Shown here: one piece after another, positions 63,791 to 64,000 of the stretch
Position numbering within the stretch: position 1 is the first letter of the stretch
Layout: the number at the start of each line of letters is the position of its first letter
NCBI GenBank assembly: GCA_026770705.1
Contig: JANJGN010000034.1
Location: 4,898,001 to 4,962,000 of the forward strand
From: Isurus oxyrinchus
Taxonomy: Eukaryota
Reading direction: 5' to 3'
DNA: 64,000 nt
Program-made: the position numbers and the translations under genes
Notes under the pieces: model-generated
What the model was told of the DNA's origin: nothing
Database searches by the model: none
What the model saw: the letters and a program-made list of their open reading frames with translations, nothing else

Positions 63791-64000
63791 AATTTGTTTT
63801 TATAACAGTCACTTTGTCTGACGGTGAGAATGTGGGACTGGATGAGGAGCGGCACCGATACAAAGATAGCAACTTTATGTGACGAGGCACTAAGAATGAT
63901 TACGATCACCCTCTGAAGTTTTTTTTTAATTGATTGATTAATAGGGAAGTGCACGTTTGTGTTAAAAATACGTATTGCATTTGGCCTATCAATAATGTTA

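Noticed and set aside
1-64000. CRISPR arrays, prokaryotic operons, rRNA or tRNA genes
   Set aside because: None seen; the sequence is vertebrate-like intronic DNA.

Overview
Eukaryotic, repeat-dominated DNA. The CR1/RTE LINE, Penelope, SINE and Gypsy families look like those of a cartilaginous fish (inference). The ORF track is almost all transposon debris or noise. Reading splice signals directly reveals a + strand gene invisible to that track: 17 symmetric phase-1 micro-exons (21-48 nt, eleven of exactly 27 nt) spread over 1144-61371, which splice into one stop-free ~167-codon reading frame, plus a candidate terminal exon at 61821. Its introns hold: a decayed but complete LTR-gag-pro-pol-env-LTR provirus on the - strand (~10078-19040) whose env has fusion-(F)-protein-like topology, as in lokiretroviruses; a near-perfect ~628-bp inverted duplication (3290-4723); a decayed Gmr1-like Ty3/Gypsy element with an internal ~2.9-kb tandem duplication; Penelope elements with hammerhead-like motifs; and many LINE/SINE fragments. 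One 167-N gap. All translations, boundaries and identities were done by eye; no database searches were run.
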